A stretch of DNA of 59,187 nucleotides, filler included. It is 4 parts of 4 records of this genome, joined end to end, with 100 filler letters (N's around TTAATTAATTAA, not from the genome) between each part and the next. Parts side by side here need not be neighbours in the genome. Positions count along the whole stretch, not along the records: positions 49,852 to 59,187 come from SRR20825019_1143; 3 more parts are not named here. One strand, given 5' to 3'. The notes beneath the pieces were generated by a model that made no database searches, was not told the origin of the DNA, and worked only from the letters and a program-made list of their open reading frames with translations. The translations under genes and the position numbers were made by a program. Below, piece by piece: positions 58,797 through 59,187 of the stretch. The first letter of the stretch is position 1; each line of letters opens with the position of its first letter.

Positions 58797-59187
58797 ATGG
58801 CAGCCCTTCCCTCCTACGCCGGCCCGCTCGAGCGTTTCTGGTATTATGCCTACCGCGTTCTGTGCGGCTCGATCTTCCTGTTCCTGATCGCCCCGATCAT
58901 CGTGATGATCCCGCTATCCTTCAATGCGGAGCCGTATTTCACCTTCACGCCGGAAATGCTGGCCTTCAAGCCGGAAGCATTCTCGACGCGCTGGTATCAG
59001 GACATTCTGGATAACGAGCAGTGGCTGCACTCGATGAAGAACAGCTTCATCGTCGGCACGGCGGCAACGCTTCTGGCAACCTCTCTCGGCACCGTCGCCG
59101 CGCTTGGCCTGTCCCGGGCGGACATGCCCTACCGGACCCTGATCATGGGGCTTCTGCTCTCGCCGATGATCGTGCCGCTGATCATCA
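58797..59187 (+). CDS. Polyamine-type ABC permease (PotC-like), 3' truncated
   Basis: AAGGAG RBS, ATG 58797, IPLSFN, FSTRWY, LGTVAALGL, LSPMIVP. Confidence 0.9.
   Translation, partial: MAALPSYAGPLERFWYYAYRVLCGSIFLFLIAPIIVMIPLSFNAEPYFTFTPEMLAFKPEAFSTRWYQDILDNEQWLHSMKNSFIVGTAATLLATSLGTVAALGLSRADMPYRTLIMGLLLSPMIVPLII

Overview
The window is not one locus. It is four contigs joined by artificial 100-nt spacers (N44-TTAATTAATTAA-N44 at 24586-24685, 36208-36307 and 49752-49851). Contigs 1 (1-24585) and 3 (36308-49751) are from a GC-rich microbial eukaryote with standard code and dense ~50-nt GT-AG introns; the style is perkinsid/alveolate-like, which is inference only. Contig 1 encodes Sua5, a large secreted acidic-repeat protein, PP2A B56, an ~11-kb IP3-receptor-like channel and a membrane-anchored GH32. 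Contig 3 encodes a spliced, signal-peptide-bearing protein with phage tail-fibre-like motifs, RDM1, RCHY1/Pirh2, an ABCB-like transporter with degenerate ATPase motifs and an SF-assemblin-like coiled coil, and ends in (GGGGTT)n. Contigs 2 (24686-36207) and 4 (49852-59187) look alphaproteobacterial. Contig 2 has two transglutaminase-like genes, a small conserved protein, a nitroreductase and an operon of hydantoin racemase + ABC importer + hydantoinase/oxoprolinase + two DUF917 genes. Contig 4 has peptide-type ABC genes, a dimethylglycine-dehydrogenase-like GcvT flavoprotein and a Pot-type ABC importer. Best leads: (i) the racemase/HyuA/2xDUF917 catabolic operon, (ii) the intron-containing phage-tail-like secreted protein, (iii) the IP3R-like channel lacking both the GGGxGD filter and most IP3-binding residues, (iv) the ABCB pseudo-ATPase. 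All assignments are by-eye motif recognition; exon boundaries are manual.
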